NCBI RefSeq assembly: GCF_004217445.1
Contig: NZ_SHKX01000013.1
Span: forward strand, 451,031 to 483,030
DNA: 32,000 nucleotides
Direction of reading: 5' to 3'
Origin: Fluviicoccus keumensis
GTDB lineage: Bacteria > Pseudomonadota > Gammaproteobacteria > Pseudomonadales > Moraxellaceae
Part shown: piece by piece, positions 10,514 to 18,906 of the stretch
How the letters are laid out: every line of letters starts with the position of its first letter
Position numbering within the stretch: the stretch's first letter is position 1
Notes under the pieces: generated by a model
Databases searched by the model: none
Told to the model about the DNA's origin: nothing
What the model saw: the letters and a program-made list of their open reading frames with translations, nothing else
Position numbers and translations under genes: made by a program

Positions 10514-11236
10514 CTAGACCCAATACTCCTCCGGCGGCGGCGGCATGCTCGCCATCGCCTGCTTCAAGCCTTCCGACCACTGCGTGCGGATCATCGCCCA
10601 ATAGGGATCATCGTCATACAACCGCCGACCGGTCGGCAGCCGCAGCGAGTCATGGCGATAGACCAGCAGGTCCAGCGGCGTGCCCACCGACAAATTACTG
10701 CGAATGGTCGAATCGAAGGAAATCAGCGCGCAGCGCAAGGCCTTTTCCAGCGACAGCTGGTAGTTCAGCGCCCGGTCCAGAATCGGCTTGCCGTACTTGC
10801 TTTCGCCGATCTGGAAATAGGGCGTGTCCTCGGTCGCGGCGATGAAGTTGCCCTGCGGATAGATGTTGTAGAGCTGCGGCGCTTCACCGGCAATCTGGCC
10901 GCTGAGCAGGAAGGAACAGGAAAAATCGCGGTCGATATCATCGTGCGCCAGCACCTCGCGCAGGGTCTTGCCCACCAGCCGCGCCGCCTCGAACATGGTC
11001 GGCACGTTGTCCAGATGCAGGCCGTCGTCGCTGTTGATGCGCTGGCGCAGCAGCGTCACCACCGACTGCGAGGTCGCCAGGTTGCCCGCGCTTTGCAGGA
11101 CAATGAGGCGCTCGCCGTCAATGCCGAAACGGTGCAGCTTGCGGAATACCGCGATATGGTCAACCCCGGCGTTGGTGCGGGAGTCGCTGACACAGACCAG
11201 TCCTTCGGCCAGACGCATGGCGACACAGTAAGTCAT
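10514..11236 (-). CDS. Anbu-type proteasome-like Ntn-hydrolase (proteasome-type protease, COG3484-like)
   Basis: I chose the ATG at 11236 so the protein begins M-TYCVAMRLAEGLVCVSDSRTNAG. That gives Thr directly after Met, Asp at mature position 17 and Lys at 32, matching the proteasome beta-type T1/D17/K33 pattern. About 240 aa. It is the last gene of the ATP-grasp/alpha-E operon, the context described for Anbu. Confidence 0.8.
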   Translation of the reverse strand: MTYCVAMRLAEGLVCVSDSRTNAGVDHIAVFRKLHRFGIDGERLIVLQSAGNLATSQSVVTLLRQRINSDDGLHLDNVPTMFEAARLVGKTLREVLAHDDIDRDFSCSFLLSGQIAGEAPQLYNIYPQGNFIAATEDTPYFQIGESKYGKPILDRALNYQLSLEKALRCALISFDSTIRSNLSVGTPLDLLVYRHDSLRLPTGRRLYDDDPYWAMIRTQWSEGLKQAMASMPPPPEEYWV

Positions 11237-11263
11237 TTGCTTGTCTCGTGAGTGAATCGGGTT

Positions 11264-11285
11264 CCCTCCCCGCCTGCGGGGAGGG
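11264..11285 (-). other. 22-bp palindrome in the 53-bp alpha-E/Anbu intergenic spacer
   Basis: CCCTCCCCGC (11264-11273), CT, GCGGGGAGGG (11276-11285): perfect 10-bp arms. It lies inside the operon transcript. Confidence 0.5.
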
Positions 11286-11289
11286 TTCA

Positions 11290-12027
11290 TTACATGGCGA
11301 AGGCATCCGCCAGCCGGTAGGTCATCTGCTGCAGCTGCGCCTGCGCCTCGCGCAGCGCCGCCTGGTCGGGACTAGCCAGCGCCGGATGGCGGCAGGCCTC
11401 GACCAGCCGTCCGGCCATGGCCTGCACTTGGCCCCAGGTCTCGGGGTTGAGGGCGGTCAGGTCGCGGATCAGCGCCTGCACCAGCACGGCCGGGTCTTCC
11501 GGCGGGGTCACCGACAGCGCCAGTTGCCGCAGCCAGTTGTCCAGGCCTTCCACGGTTTGCCCCAGCCGGATGAAGCGCAAGGCATCCATCGAGCCGAGCG
11601 TGTCCACTTCCTGCTGGATGACGGCCAGCCGCTCCGTGGCCAGACGGTACAGCGCCTGGTTTTCGGTCAGGGTGCGCAGGCGCGGCAGCTGCGCCTGCCA
11701 GTCCAGCCACAGGCTGTTCACCGCCAGCCACAGCTCGCCGCTGATGCAGGCACGGGTGCCCTGGGCGTCGCCGCGCATCGACTGCAGGCCGACGGTCAGG
11801 CTGGAGGGATTGCCCTCGGCGATGAAGAATTCAGCCACGCCTTCCGGGCTGAAGGTTTCGTATTGCTGGTAGAAGGACGCCCAGGCGCCGGTCAGGCTCA
11901 GGGGCAGCCCCAGTCGTTCGGTCGAGGCCGACGACAGGCAGTCCAGCAACAGGGCGGACAACGTGCGGCTGCGGGACAGGTAACGCCCCAGCCAGTACAG
12001 GTCGGCCGCCGATGACAATAAAAGCAT
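11290..12027 (-). CDS. Alpha-E domain protein (DUF403-like)
   Basis: The N-terminus [27 protein letters not shown] matches the recalled alpha-E start pattern (..LYWxGRYxER...). It is all-helical and sits directly downstream of the circularly permuted ATP-grasp gene. At 245 aa it is shorter than the roughly 300 aa I recall for this family. Confidence 0.7.
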   Translation of the reverse strand: MLLLSSAADLYWLGRYLSRSRTLSALLLDCLSSASTERLGLPLSLTGAWASFYQQYETFSPEGVAEFFIAEGNPSSLTVGLQSMRGDAQGTRACISGELWLAVNSLWLDWQAQLPRLRTLTENQALYRLATERLAVIQQEVDTLGSMDALRFIRLGQTVEGLDNWLRQLALSVTPPEDPAVLVQALIRDLTALNPETWGQVQAMAGRLVEACRHPALASPDQAALREAQAQLQQMTYRLADAFAM

Positions 12028-12045
12028 GAACTCTCTCCTCGGGAA

Positions 12046-13503
12046 TCAGTCGGCCAGTACCCAGGTATCCTTGGTGCCCCCGCCCTGCGAGGAATTCACC
12101 ACCAGCGAGCCCGCCTTCAGCGCCACCCGCGTCAGGCCGCCCGGCACCAGCCGCACCGTGTCCTTGCCCGCCAGCACGAAGGGCCGCAGGTCGATGTGGC
12201 GCGGCGCAATGCCCGCGCCGACAAAGGTGGGGCAGGTCGACAGCGCCAGCGTCGGCTGGGCGATGTAGGCTTCCGGCTTCGCCTTCAGCCGGGCTCGGAA
12301 ATCTTCCAGCTCGGCCTTGGTGGCGGCGGGACCGATCAGCATGCCGTAACCGCCCGAACCCTGCGCTTCCTTCACCACCAGTTGTGGCAGGTTGGCCAGC
12401 ACATGACTGAGATCGGCGGGCTTGCGGCACTGCCAGGTCGGCACGTTCTGCAGCACCGGCTCCTCGCTCAGGTAGAAGCGGATCATGTCCGGCACGAAGG
12501 GATAGACCGACTTGTCGTCGGCGACGCCGGTGCCGACCGCGTTGCCGAGGATGACGTTGCCGGCGCGATAGGCGGCCATCAGCCCCGGCACGCCCAGCAT
12601 CGAATCCGGACGGAAGGCCAGCGGGTCGAGGAAGGCGTCATCCAGGCGGCGGTAGATCACATCGACGCGCTTCAGGCCGTCGATGGTCTTCATGTAGACG
12701 GTATCGTCATAGACCACCAGATCGCCGCCGCCCACCAGCGGCACGCCCATTTCCCGCGCCAGGAAGGCGTGTTCGAAATAGGCGCTGTTGAAGCGACCCG
12801 GCGTCAGGATGACGATGGTCGGGTTTTCCACCCGGCTCGATTCCGTCAGCGTCTGCTTCAGCAGCGCGGGATAATGGTCAATCGGCAGCACCCGGTTTTC
12901 CGCCAGCATGCCGGGGAACAGCCGCTCGGTCATGGCGCGGTTTTCCAGCATGTACGACACCCCGGACGGCGTGCGCAGGTTGTCCTCCAGCACGTAGTAG
13001 GTGCCGTCGCTGTGGCGGACGATATCCACGCCGGAGATTTGCGCGTAGATGCGGTTCGGCAGGTCCAGCCCCTGCATCGCCGGCTGGAAATGCTCGTTGC
13101 CGAGGATGAATTCCGGCGGCACAATGCCCGCCTTGAGGATGCGCTGGTCGTGGTAGATGTCATGCAGGAAGGCGTTCAGCGCCCGCACCCGCTGCTCGCA
13201 GCCCTTCGCCATCAGCTTCCATTCGGCGTGGGGAATGACGCGCGGCATGATGTCATAGGGAATCAGGCGCTCGGTACCCGCGCTTTCGCCATAGACAGTG
13301 AAGGTGATGCCTTCCTGGCGGAACACCGCCTCGGACTGCTGGCGACAGCGCAGCAGGTTCTCCAGCGGGGTGCGGTTCAGCCACTCGCCCACCCGACGGT
13401 AATGCGGCCGCAGTTCGTTGCCGACCGCCATTTCGTCATAGTGTTCCGGGTTGGGAAAATAGCCATAATCGTGTTCGTTGCTGGCAAGGTTTTGGCAGGC
13501 CAT
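12046..13503 (-). CDS. Circularly permuted type-2 ATP-grasp protein (DUF404/DUF407-like amidoligase)
   Basis: I chose the ATG at 13503 (MACQNLASNEHDYGYFPNPEHYDEM), which has a GGGAGA SD about 8 nt upstream. This gives 485 aa (1,458 nt including the stop codon), typical for the family. Conserved-looking blocks are YVLEDNLRTPSGVSYMLENR and VVKEAQGSGGYGMLIGP. The tracked start 13632 is an unsupported extension. Confidence 0.8.
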   Translation of the reverse strand: MACQNLASNEHDYGYFPNPEHYDEMAVGNELRPHYRRVGEWLNRTPLENLLRCRQQSEAVFRQEGITFTVYGESAGTERLIPYDIMPRVIPHAEWKLMAKGCEQRVRALNAFLHDIYHDQRILKAGIVPPEFILGNEHFQPAMQGLDLPNRIYAQISGVDIVRHSDGTYYVLEDNLRTPSGVSYMLENRAMTERLFPGMLAENRVLPIDHYPALLKQTLTESSRVENPTIVILTPGRFNSAYFEHAFLAREMGVPLVGGGDLVVYDDTVYMKTIDGLKRVDVIYRRLDDAFLDPLAFRPDSMLGVPGLMAAYRAGNVILGNAVGTGVADDKSVYPFVPDMIRFYLSEEPVLQNVPTWQCRKPADLSHVLANLPQLVVKEAQGSGGYGMLIGPAATKAELEDFRARLKAKPEAYIAQPTLALSTCPTFVGAGIAPRHIDLRPFVLAGKDTVRLVPGGLTRVALKAGSLVVNSSQGGGTKDTWVLAD

Positions 13504-13546
13504 GATGACATCTCCCGGTAGAATCTGTGTTATAGACTCAATACGT

Positions 13547-13562
13547 TGCAAAAGCTTTGCCA
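13547..13562 (-). promoter_or_regulatory. Sigma-54 (RpoN) -24/-12 type promoter facing the ATP-grasp operon
   Basis: The minus strand reads cTTGGCAAAGCTTTTGCAAc. The consensus is TGGCAC-N5-TTGCW; TGGCA and TTGCA are present with the exact GG-to-GC spacing (12 nt). The predicted start is near 13536, about 33 nt before the ATG at 13503. Confidence 0.5.
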
Positions 13563-13676
13563 AGAATTCCGGCACTGAATCGAAATACCGCGCCCCGATC
13601 CGGTGCACGCTGACCGGCGGCAGGCCCGCCAAATCCGTACAAAACGTAGTGCTATGCGAACCGCAGGACCCCTGAC

Positions 13677-15701
13677 ATGAACATGCTGCTGTCTGACGCC
13701 CCCGACCTCCCGGCCTTCCGCGCCATCACTCCCGAGCTGGTGACCCCCGCCATTGACACCCTGCTGGCGGAGAACCGCGCAGCCATAGCCGCCCTGGCGG
13801 CGCAGGATGCACCGGACTGGGGCAGCCTGCCCGGCAAGCTGGAAATCCTGGAAGACCGACTGAGCAAGGCCTGGGCGCTGGTCAGCCATCTCAACGCCGT
13901 CACCAACAGCCCGGCCTGGCGCGAGGCCTACAACAACAACCTGCCGAAGATTTCCGCCTACTACACCGAACTGGGCCAGAACGCGGCGTTGTACGGCAGT
14001 TATGAAAGACTAGCCCAAAGCCCGGCGTTCGCCGGATTCAGCGCCGCGCAGCGACAAACGGTCAGCAACGCCCTGCGCGATTTCCGCCTGAGCGGCGTGG
14101 CCCTGCCGGAAGCGCAGAAGCAGCGCTTCGCCGCCATCGAGGAACGGCTGTCGGCGCTGAGCTCGAAATTCGCCGACAACCTGCTGGACGCCACCCAAGC
14201 CTGGCAACGGCCGCTGGCCGAAGCGGAACTGGCAGGCATTCCCGACAGCCACCGCGCGCTGCTGGCGCAGCTGGCCGAACAGCGCGGCCACGAGGGCTGG
14301 ATGGCGACGCTGGACTTTCCCGCCTACCTGGCGGTGATGATGCACGCCGACACCCGCGAGCTGCGGCAGACGGTCTACCGCGCCTATGTCACCCGCGCCT
14401 CCGACCAGGGGGACAAACCCGAATTCGACAACTCGGCGCTGATGGCGGAAATTCTGGAACTGCGCCACGAACAGGCGCAACTGCTGGGCTACGCCAGCTA
14501 TGCCGAACTGTCGCTGGTGCCGAAGATGGCGGAATCGGTGGACAAGGTGATGGCCTTCCTGCACGAACTGGCCGACCGCGCCCGTCCCGCCGCCGAACGC
14601 GACCTGGCCGAACTGAAGACCTTCGCCGCCGCCGAACTGGGCATCACCGACCTGCAGCCGTGGGACACCACCTACGTCGCGGAAAAGCTGAAACAGCAGA
14701 AGCTGAACCTGTCGCAGGAAGCGCTGCGGCCCTACTTCCCCGCACCGGTGGTGATCGCCGGGCTGTTCAGCATCGCCGAGACCCTGTTCGGCGTCAGCAT
14801 CACCGAAGCGGAAGCCGAGGTCTGGGCCGACGGCGTCACCTACTACGAGATCCGCGAGCACGGGGAGCTGATTGCCGGTTTCTACCTGGACCCCTACGCC
14901 CGCGCCAACAAGCGTGGCGGCGCGTGGATGGCCAACTGCCGCTCGCGCCGCCGCCTGGCGGACGGCTCGCTGCAACTGCCCGTCGCCTTCCTCACCTGCA
15001 ACTTCAACCCCCCGGTGGACGGCAAGCCCGCGCTGCTGACCCACGACGAAGTCACCACCCTGTTCCACGAATTCGGCCACGGCATCCACCACATGCTGAC
15101 CGAGGTCGACATCAGCGCCGTCGGCGGCATCCACGGCGTGGCCTGGGACGCCGTGGAACTGCCCAGCCAGTTCCTGGAACACTGGTGCGCCGAAAGCGAG
15201 GGCCTGGCGCGGATGACGAAACACATCGAGACCGGCGCGCCGCTGCCCGACGACCTGCTGCACAGCCTGCTGGCCGCGAAGAATTTCCAGTCCGGCCTGA
15301 TGACGCTGCGCCAGCTGGAATTCGCGCTGTTCGACCTGCGCATCCACCGTCAGTCGCCGCTCAGCGCCGTGGGCATCCAGCGCGAACTGGACGCGGTGCG
15401 CGCGCAGGTCAACCTGTTGCCGCCGCCGTCGTGGAACCGGTTCCAGCACAGCTTCAGCCACATCTTCGCGGGCGGCTACGCGGCGGGGTACTACAGCTAC
15501 AAGTGGGCGGAAGTGCTGTCCACCGACGCCTTCTCGCGCTTCGAGGAAGAAGGCATCTTCAACCCGGAAACCGGCCGCAGCTTCCGCCGCGAGATTCTCG
15601 CCAAGGGCGGCAGCCAACCGGCGCTGGAGCTGTTTGTCGCCTTCCGCGGCCGCGAACCGAAGATTGACGCGCTGCTGCGCCACACGGGGCTGACGGCATG
15701 A
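13677..15701 (+). CDS. prlC: Oligopeptidase A (M3 family zinc metallopeptidase)
   Basis: 674 aa. Zinc motif LFHEFGHGIHHML is present, along with the M3 C-terminal blocks (FSHIFAGGYAAGYYSYKWAEVL). It is followed by yheV, as in enterobacteria. Confidence 0.93.
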   Translation: MNMLLSDAPDLPAFRAITPELVTPAIDTLLAENRAAIAALAAQDAPDWGSLPGKLEILEDRLSKAWALVSHLNAVTNSPAWREAYNNNLPKISAYYTELGQNAALYGSYERLAQSPAFAGFSAAQRQTVSNALRDFRLSGVALPEAQKQRFAAIEERLSALSSKFADNLLDATQAWQRPLAEAELAGIPDSHRALLAQLAEQRGHEGWMATLDFPAYLAVMMHADTRELRQTVYRAYVTRASDQGDKPEFDNSALMAEILELRHEQAQLLGYASYAELSLVPKMAESVDKVMAFLHELADRARPAAERDLAELKTFAAAELGITDLQPWDTTYVAEKLKQQKLNLSQEALRPYFPAPVVIAGLFSIAETLFGVSITEAEAEVWADGVTYYEIREHGELIAGFYLDPYARANKRGGAWMANCRSRRRLADGSLQLPVAFLTCNFNPPVDGKPALLTHDEVTTLFHEFGHGIHHMLTEVDISAVGGIHGVAWDAVELPSQFLEHWCAESEGLARMTKHIETGAPLPDDLLHSLLAAKNFQSGLMTLRQLEFALFDLRIHRQSPLSAVGIQRELDAVRAQVNLLPPPSWNRFQHSFSHIFAGGYAAGYYSYKWAEVLSTDAFSRFEEEGIFNPETGRSFRREILAKGGSQPALELFVAFRGREPKIDALLRHTGLTA

Positions 15702-15901
15702 GCGTGAAGCGGCGGTTCATCGCGGGGGCGAAGTGTCCCCGCTGTGAGAAGACAGATGTGATCCGCTCGTGTGTATCGGCGGAGCGGGAGTGGATGGAAT
15801 GCGTGAGTTGCGGCTACGAGGAGGAACGGCCGACGGAGGTGACGCCGGTGGAGGAACACAAGGATGAGGGGACGGGGGTGGTGGTTTTCAAGACGAAATG
15901 A
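15698..15901 (+). CDS. yheV: YheV-family zinc-ribbon protein
   Basis: 67 aa. Start RRFIAGAKCPRCEKTD ... ECVSCGYEE gives two CxxC pairs. Its ATG overlaps the prlC stop (ATGA at 15698-15701). The pairing with prlC is conserved. Confidence 0.8.
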   Translation: MSVKRRFIAGAKCPRCEKTDVIRSCVSAEREWMECVSCGYEEERPTEVTPVEEHKDEGTGVVVFKTK

Positions 15902-16028
15902 CGGCGGACGGTGCACGCGGGCGCTTGGGGCGTGACGCCTCGCCGCGCTACACTGTAAAGATCCCCGTGGCTGCCTTTAGGGCGGCGGCCTCGAATCATG
16001 CCGCGCAACCTGCTCAGGAAAAACACTC

Positions 16029-17213
16029 ATGAACCCCGGACTCCCGCGCCGATTCCCCGCCCTGCGTCTGGGGCTGGTCTGCCTGACGTTGCTCTGGTCG
16101 ATCCCGTCCCTCGCCACGCCTTACGAAGACTTGATCAGCACCTCGCGCGAGCAGGTGCAGGGTGAGGATTTTGTGGAGGCCCTGACCAGCGCCAAGGAGG
16201 CGGCGCGGCTGGAGCCGAGCGATTACCGGAGCCCGTATTATATGGCGATGGCCTATCTGGGACTGTCGCGCTTTGACGAGGCGGAAGCCAGCGCGATCCA
16301 GGCGCTGGCCTTGGCGGACGCGACGCTGCGGCCCTCGATCGAAAAACTGGCGGCCACCATCAAGGCTCGGCGCCTGGCTGTGACCAGCGCACAAGAAGCC
16401 GATGCCGCGCTGGCCGACGGCCTGAACGGCAAGGCCGCGCGTCTTTATGAAAATGCCTGGAATGCCGAGCACCTGAACGCCGAGGCCGCTCTGAAAGCCG
16501 CCGACCTGTACACGACGCGGCTGAACCAGCCGGTGGACGCCGCGCGGGTGCTGCGCCAGATCCGCAGCACGCTGCCCGGATCGCCGGAAGCGGAGAAAGC
16601 CCGGACAGCGCTGGCGCAACAGGCGGAAACCTTGCAGAAAATTGCCCTGGCCCGGGTGGCCGCCGCCAAGAACGGGCCCTGCGACAAGGCGCTGGTACAT
16701 CTGGATCTGGCCGAAGGGGCCGACCCGACGCTGGAAACCATCTATCAGCAACGCATGACCTGCATCACCACCCTCGCCCAGTTGCGGCACAACCTGAAAG
16801 GCATGGCCCGCCTGAACCTGGCCACCCCCGACGCCCTGCTGGCGCTGAAAGGCATCGGCGGCTGGATGAAAAAAGCCGAAGTGAAGCTGTTCATGGCAGA
16901 CCTGATCGGGCAGACCCAGGCCGACGAACTGGCCCAGCGCCTGGATGAACGCGAGGCGGCCCAAGAGGCCGCACAGGCCAAATACCGCAATGAACTGGCC
17001 GCCTGGGAACAGCAGGACCGGGAGGCACGGGATACCTATACCCGCAAGCTGGCCGAAAAAGACGTCTGCCTGGCGGCTTGCCGCAAGAAATACACCGGCC
17101 TGTTCGGCAATGCGCAAAAACTGCTGGAATGCGAAACCGGCTGCAACGCGGAAGCCGCGCGCTTCGCCCCCAAGGACATCGCCAAGCCCGCCGCACCGGC
17201 CAATCCGGATTAA
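16029..17213 (+). CDS. Exported TPR-like repeat protein with a Cys-containing C-terminal region, function unknown
   Basis: Signal peptide LRLGLVCLTLLWSIPSLATP. TPR-like helices are present (EDFVEALTSAKEAARLEPSDYRSPYYMAMAYLGLSRFDEAEASAIQAL). Codons are GC3-rich on this strand and a canonical terminator follows. The antisense ORF 16014-17267 is Arg/Gly-rich shadow. Confidence 0.75.
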   Translation: MNPGLPRRFPALRLGLVCLTLLWSIPSLATPYEDLISTSREQVQGEDFVEALTSAKEAARLEPSDYRSPYYMAMAYLGLSRFDEAEASAIQALALADATLRPSIEKLAATIKARRLAVTSAQEADAALADGLNGKAARLYENAWNAEHLNAEAALKAADLYTTRLNQPVDAARVLRQIRSTLPGSPEAEKARTALAQQAETLQKIALARVAAAKNGPCDKALVHLDLAEGADPTLETIYQQRMTCITTLAQLRHNLKGMARLNLATPDALLALKGIGGWMKKAEVKLFMADLIGQTQADELAQRLDEREAAQEAAQAKYRNELAAWEQQDREARDTYTRKLAEKDVCLAACRKKYTGLFGNAQKLLECETGCNAEAARFAPKDIAKPAAPANPD

Positions 17214-17223
17214 GCGAACCGAC

Positions 17224-17250
17224 GCCCGGGGTTGACCCGGGCTTTTTTTT
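17224..17250 (+). terminator. Rho-independent terminator
   Basis: Stem GCCCGGG (17224-17230) / CCCGGGC (17236-17242), loop GTTGA, then T8 (17243-17250). It starts 11 bp after the TPR gene stop. Confidence 0.85.
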
Positions 17251-17254
17251 CGCC

Positions 17255-17280
17255 TATTTTGTATCAATCACTACAAAATA
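17255..17280. promoter_or_regulatory. Putative TetR operator: 9-bp perfect inverted repeat TATTTTGTA-N8-TACAAAATA
   Basis: Read directly at 17255-17263 and 17272-17280. It is the only AT-rich patch locally, ends 13 bp before the TetR ATG (17294), and probably overlaps the -10 region. Confidence 0.6.
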
Positions 17281-17293
17281 CCCGGCCACCGCC

Positions 17294-17896
17294 ATGCCCC
17301 GTCCCCGCCTGCAAGCCGACAGCGACCTGCTCAGCCAGTCGATGCAACTTTTCTGGCGGAAAGGCTACGCCAACACCGCCCTGCGCGACCTGGAAGAAGC
17401 CCTGGGCCTAAAGGCGCCCGCCCTCTACCACCGCTTCGGCAACAAGGACGGCCTGTTCCGCGCCACGCTGGAACACTATCTGGAACGCATCGTCGGCCGC
17501 CGCATCAGCCGCTACCTGGAAGACCCGGACGCCCTGCACGGCCTGCGCCGATTCTTCGAGACCACCTACGACTACCTCGACGCCGACCACCCGCCGCTGG
17601 CCTGTCTGATGGTCAACACCGCCGCCGAATTCGGCGCCCGCGACCCGGCGGTGCAGACCATCCTGCAACGCAGCCACGCCCGCCTGCGCGCCGCCTTCCT
17701 CGCCAATCTGGCCCGCCTGCGCGATAGCGGCCGCCTGCGCCCGGACACCCACCTGGACGACCTCGCCGACACCCTCTACCTCTGCCTGCAGGGGTTGCTG
17801 GTGGGCAGCAAGGCCGACCCCGACAAGGCCCGCCTCGACCGTCAGGTGGGCCTGATCCTCGCACTGTTGCCCCTTGTTCCCGCCACCCCGGAGTAA
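17294..17896 (+). CDS. TetR/AcrR-family transcriptional regulator
   Basis: The start ATG 17294 gives a 200-aa protein. N-terminal HTH: LLSQSMQLFWRKGYANTALRDLEEALGLKAPALYHRFGNKDGLF. The tracked start 17078 crosses the terminator and operator, so I rejected it. Confidence 0.88.
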   Translation: MPRPRLQADSDLLSQSMQLFWRKGYANTALRDLEEALGLKAPALYHRFGNKDGLFRATLEHYLERIVGRRISRYLEDPDALHGLRRFFETTYDYLDADHPPLACLMVNTAAEFGARDPAVQTILQRSHARLRAAFLANLARLRDSGRLRPDTHLDDLADTLYLCLQGLLVGSKADPDKARLDRQVGLILALLPLVPATPE

Positions 17897-17901
17897 CCCC
17901 C

Positions 17902-18804
17902 ATGGAATTCCTGCGCACTCCCGATGAACGCTTCGCCAACCTCCCCGGCTACCCCTTCGCCCCGCACTACGTCCAAGTGGACGACAGCGAAGGCGGCAGC
18001 CTGCGCATGCACTATCTGGACGAAGGCCCCGCCGGTGCGCCGGTGGTGCTGATGCTGCACGGCGAACCGTCGTGGAGCTACCTGTACCGCAAGATGATCC
18101 CGATTGTCACCGCCGCCGGTTACCGCGTGATCGCGCCGGACCTGATCGGTTTCGGCAAGTCGGACAAGCCAACGCAGCGCACGGACTACACCTACCAGCG
18201 CCATGTCGACTGGGTGCGCTCGCTGCTGCGGCAACTGGCATTGAAGGACATGACGCTGGTGTGCCAGGACTGGGGCGGGCTGATCGGCCTGCGGCTGGCG
18301 GGGGAACATCCGGACTGGTTTGCGCGGGTGGTGGCGGCCAACACCATGCTGCCCACCGGTGACCACCATCCCGGCGAGGCCTTCCTGAAGTGGCAGGCTT
18401 TCTCGCAGAAGACGCCGGTATTCGGCGTTGGCTTCATTGTGATGGGCGGCTGCGCCACGCCGATGGCCCCGGAAGTGATCGCCGCCTATGACGCCCCCTT
18501 CCCCGACGAAAGCTACAAGGAGGGCGCGCGCCAGTTCCCGCTGCTGGTGCCGGTGACGCCGGAGGACCCCGCCGCGCCCGCCAATCGCGCTGCGTGGGAA
18601 ACGCTGATGAAGTTCGACAAGCCCTTCCTCTGCGCCTTCAGCGACAAGGACCCGATCACCGCCAAGGCCGCGCCGGTGCTGCAAAAGCTGATTCCGGGCT
18701 GCGCCGGTCAGCCGCATACCACCATCGAGAATGGCGGGCACTTCCTGCAGGAAGATCAGGGAGAGAAGCTGGCGGAAGTCGTGGTGGCATTCATCCGCGG
18801 TTGA
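17902..18804 (+). CDS. Haloalkane dehalogenase, DhlA-like (HLD-I alpha/beta hydrolase)
   Basis: The N-terminus EFLRTPDERFANLPGYPFAPHYV...LRMHYLDEG...LMLHGEPSWSYLYRKMIPIVTAAGYRVIAPDLIGFGKSDKP closely follows my memory of Xanthobacter DhlA. Nucleophile-Trp pair QDWGG, acid candidate SDKDP and His in NGGHFLQED are present. Confidence 0.85.
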   Translation: MEFLRTPDERFANLPGYPFAPHYVQVDDSEGGSLRMHYLDEGPAGAPVVLMLHGEPSWSYLYRKMIPIVTAAGYRVIAPDLIGFGKSDKPTQRTDYTYQRHVDWVRSLLRQLALKDMTLVCQDWGGLIGLRLAGEHPDWFARVVAANTMLPTGDHHPGEAFLKWQAFSQKTPVFGVGFIVMGGCATPMAPEVIAAYDAPFPDESYKEGARQFPLLVPVTPEDPAAPANRAAWETLMKFDKPFLCAFSDKDPITAKAAPVLQKLIPGCAGQPHTTIENGGHFLQEDQGEKLAEVVVAFIRG

Positions 18805-18906
18805 AGATCAGCGGCCGGACCGACAGGAATGTCGGCTGGCCGCTGTAACAAAACAGTTCGACCAGCATCAAACCATTATCCTTCACCCACCCCGCGAGGA
18901 ATTCCC

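Noticed and set aside
13602-13608. NtrC-type enhancer site upstream of the sigma-54 promoter
   Set aside because: Only a half-site (GGTGCAC) is visible. I could not find the full TGCACC-N5-GGTGCA-type dyad, so I make no activator-site call.
14010-15683. 557-aa minus-strand ORF, and the 335-aa plus-strand alternative frame, inside prlC
   Set aside because: The prlC frame carries the HEFGH zinc motif and full-length M3 similarity. The overlapping frames are Arg/Ala/Gly/Pro-rich shadows.
16014-17267. 417-aa minus-strand ORF opposite the TPR gene
   Set aside because: The plus-strand frame has a signal peptide, TPR-like helices, GC3 bias and a downstream terminator. The minus frame is Gly/Arg/Gln-rich and would run through that terminator.
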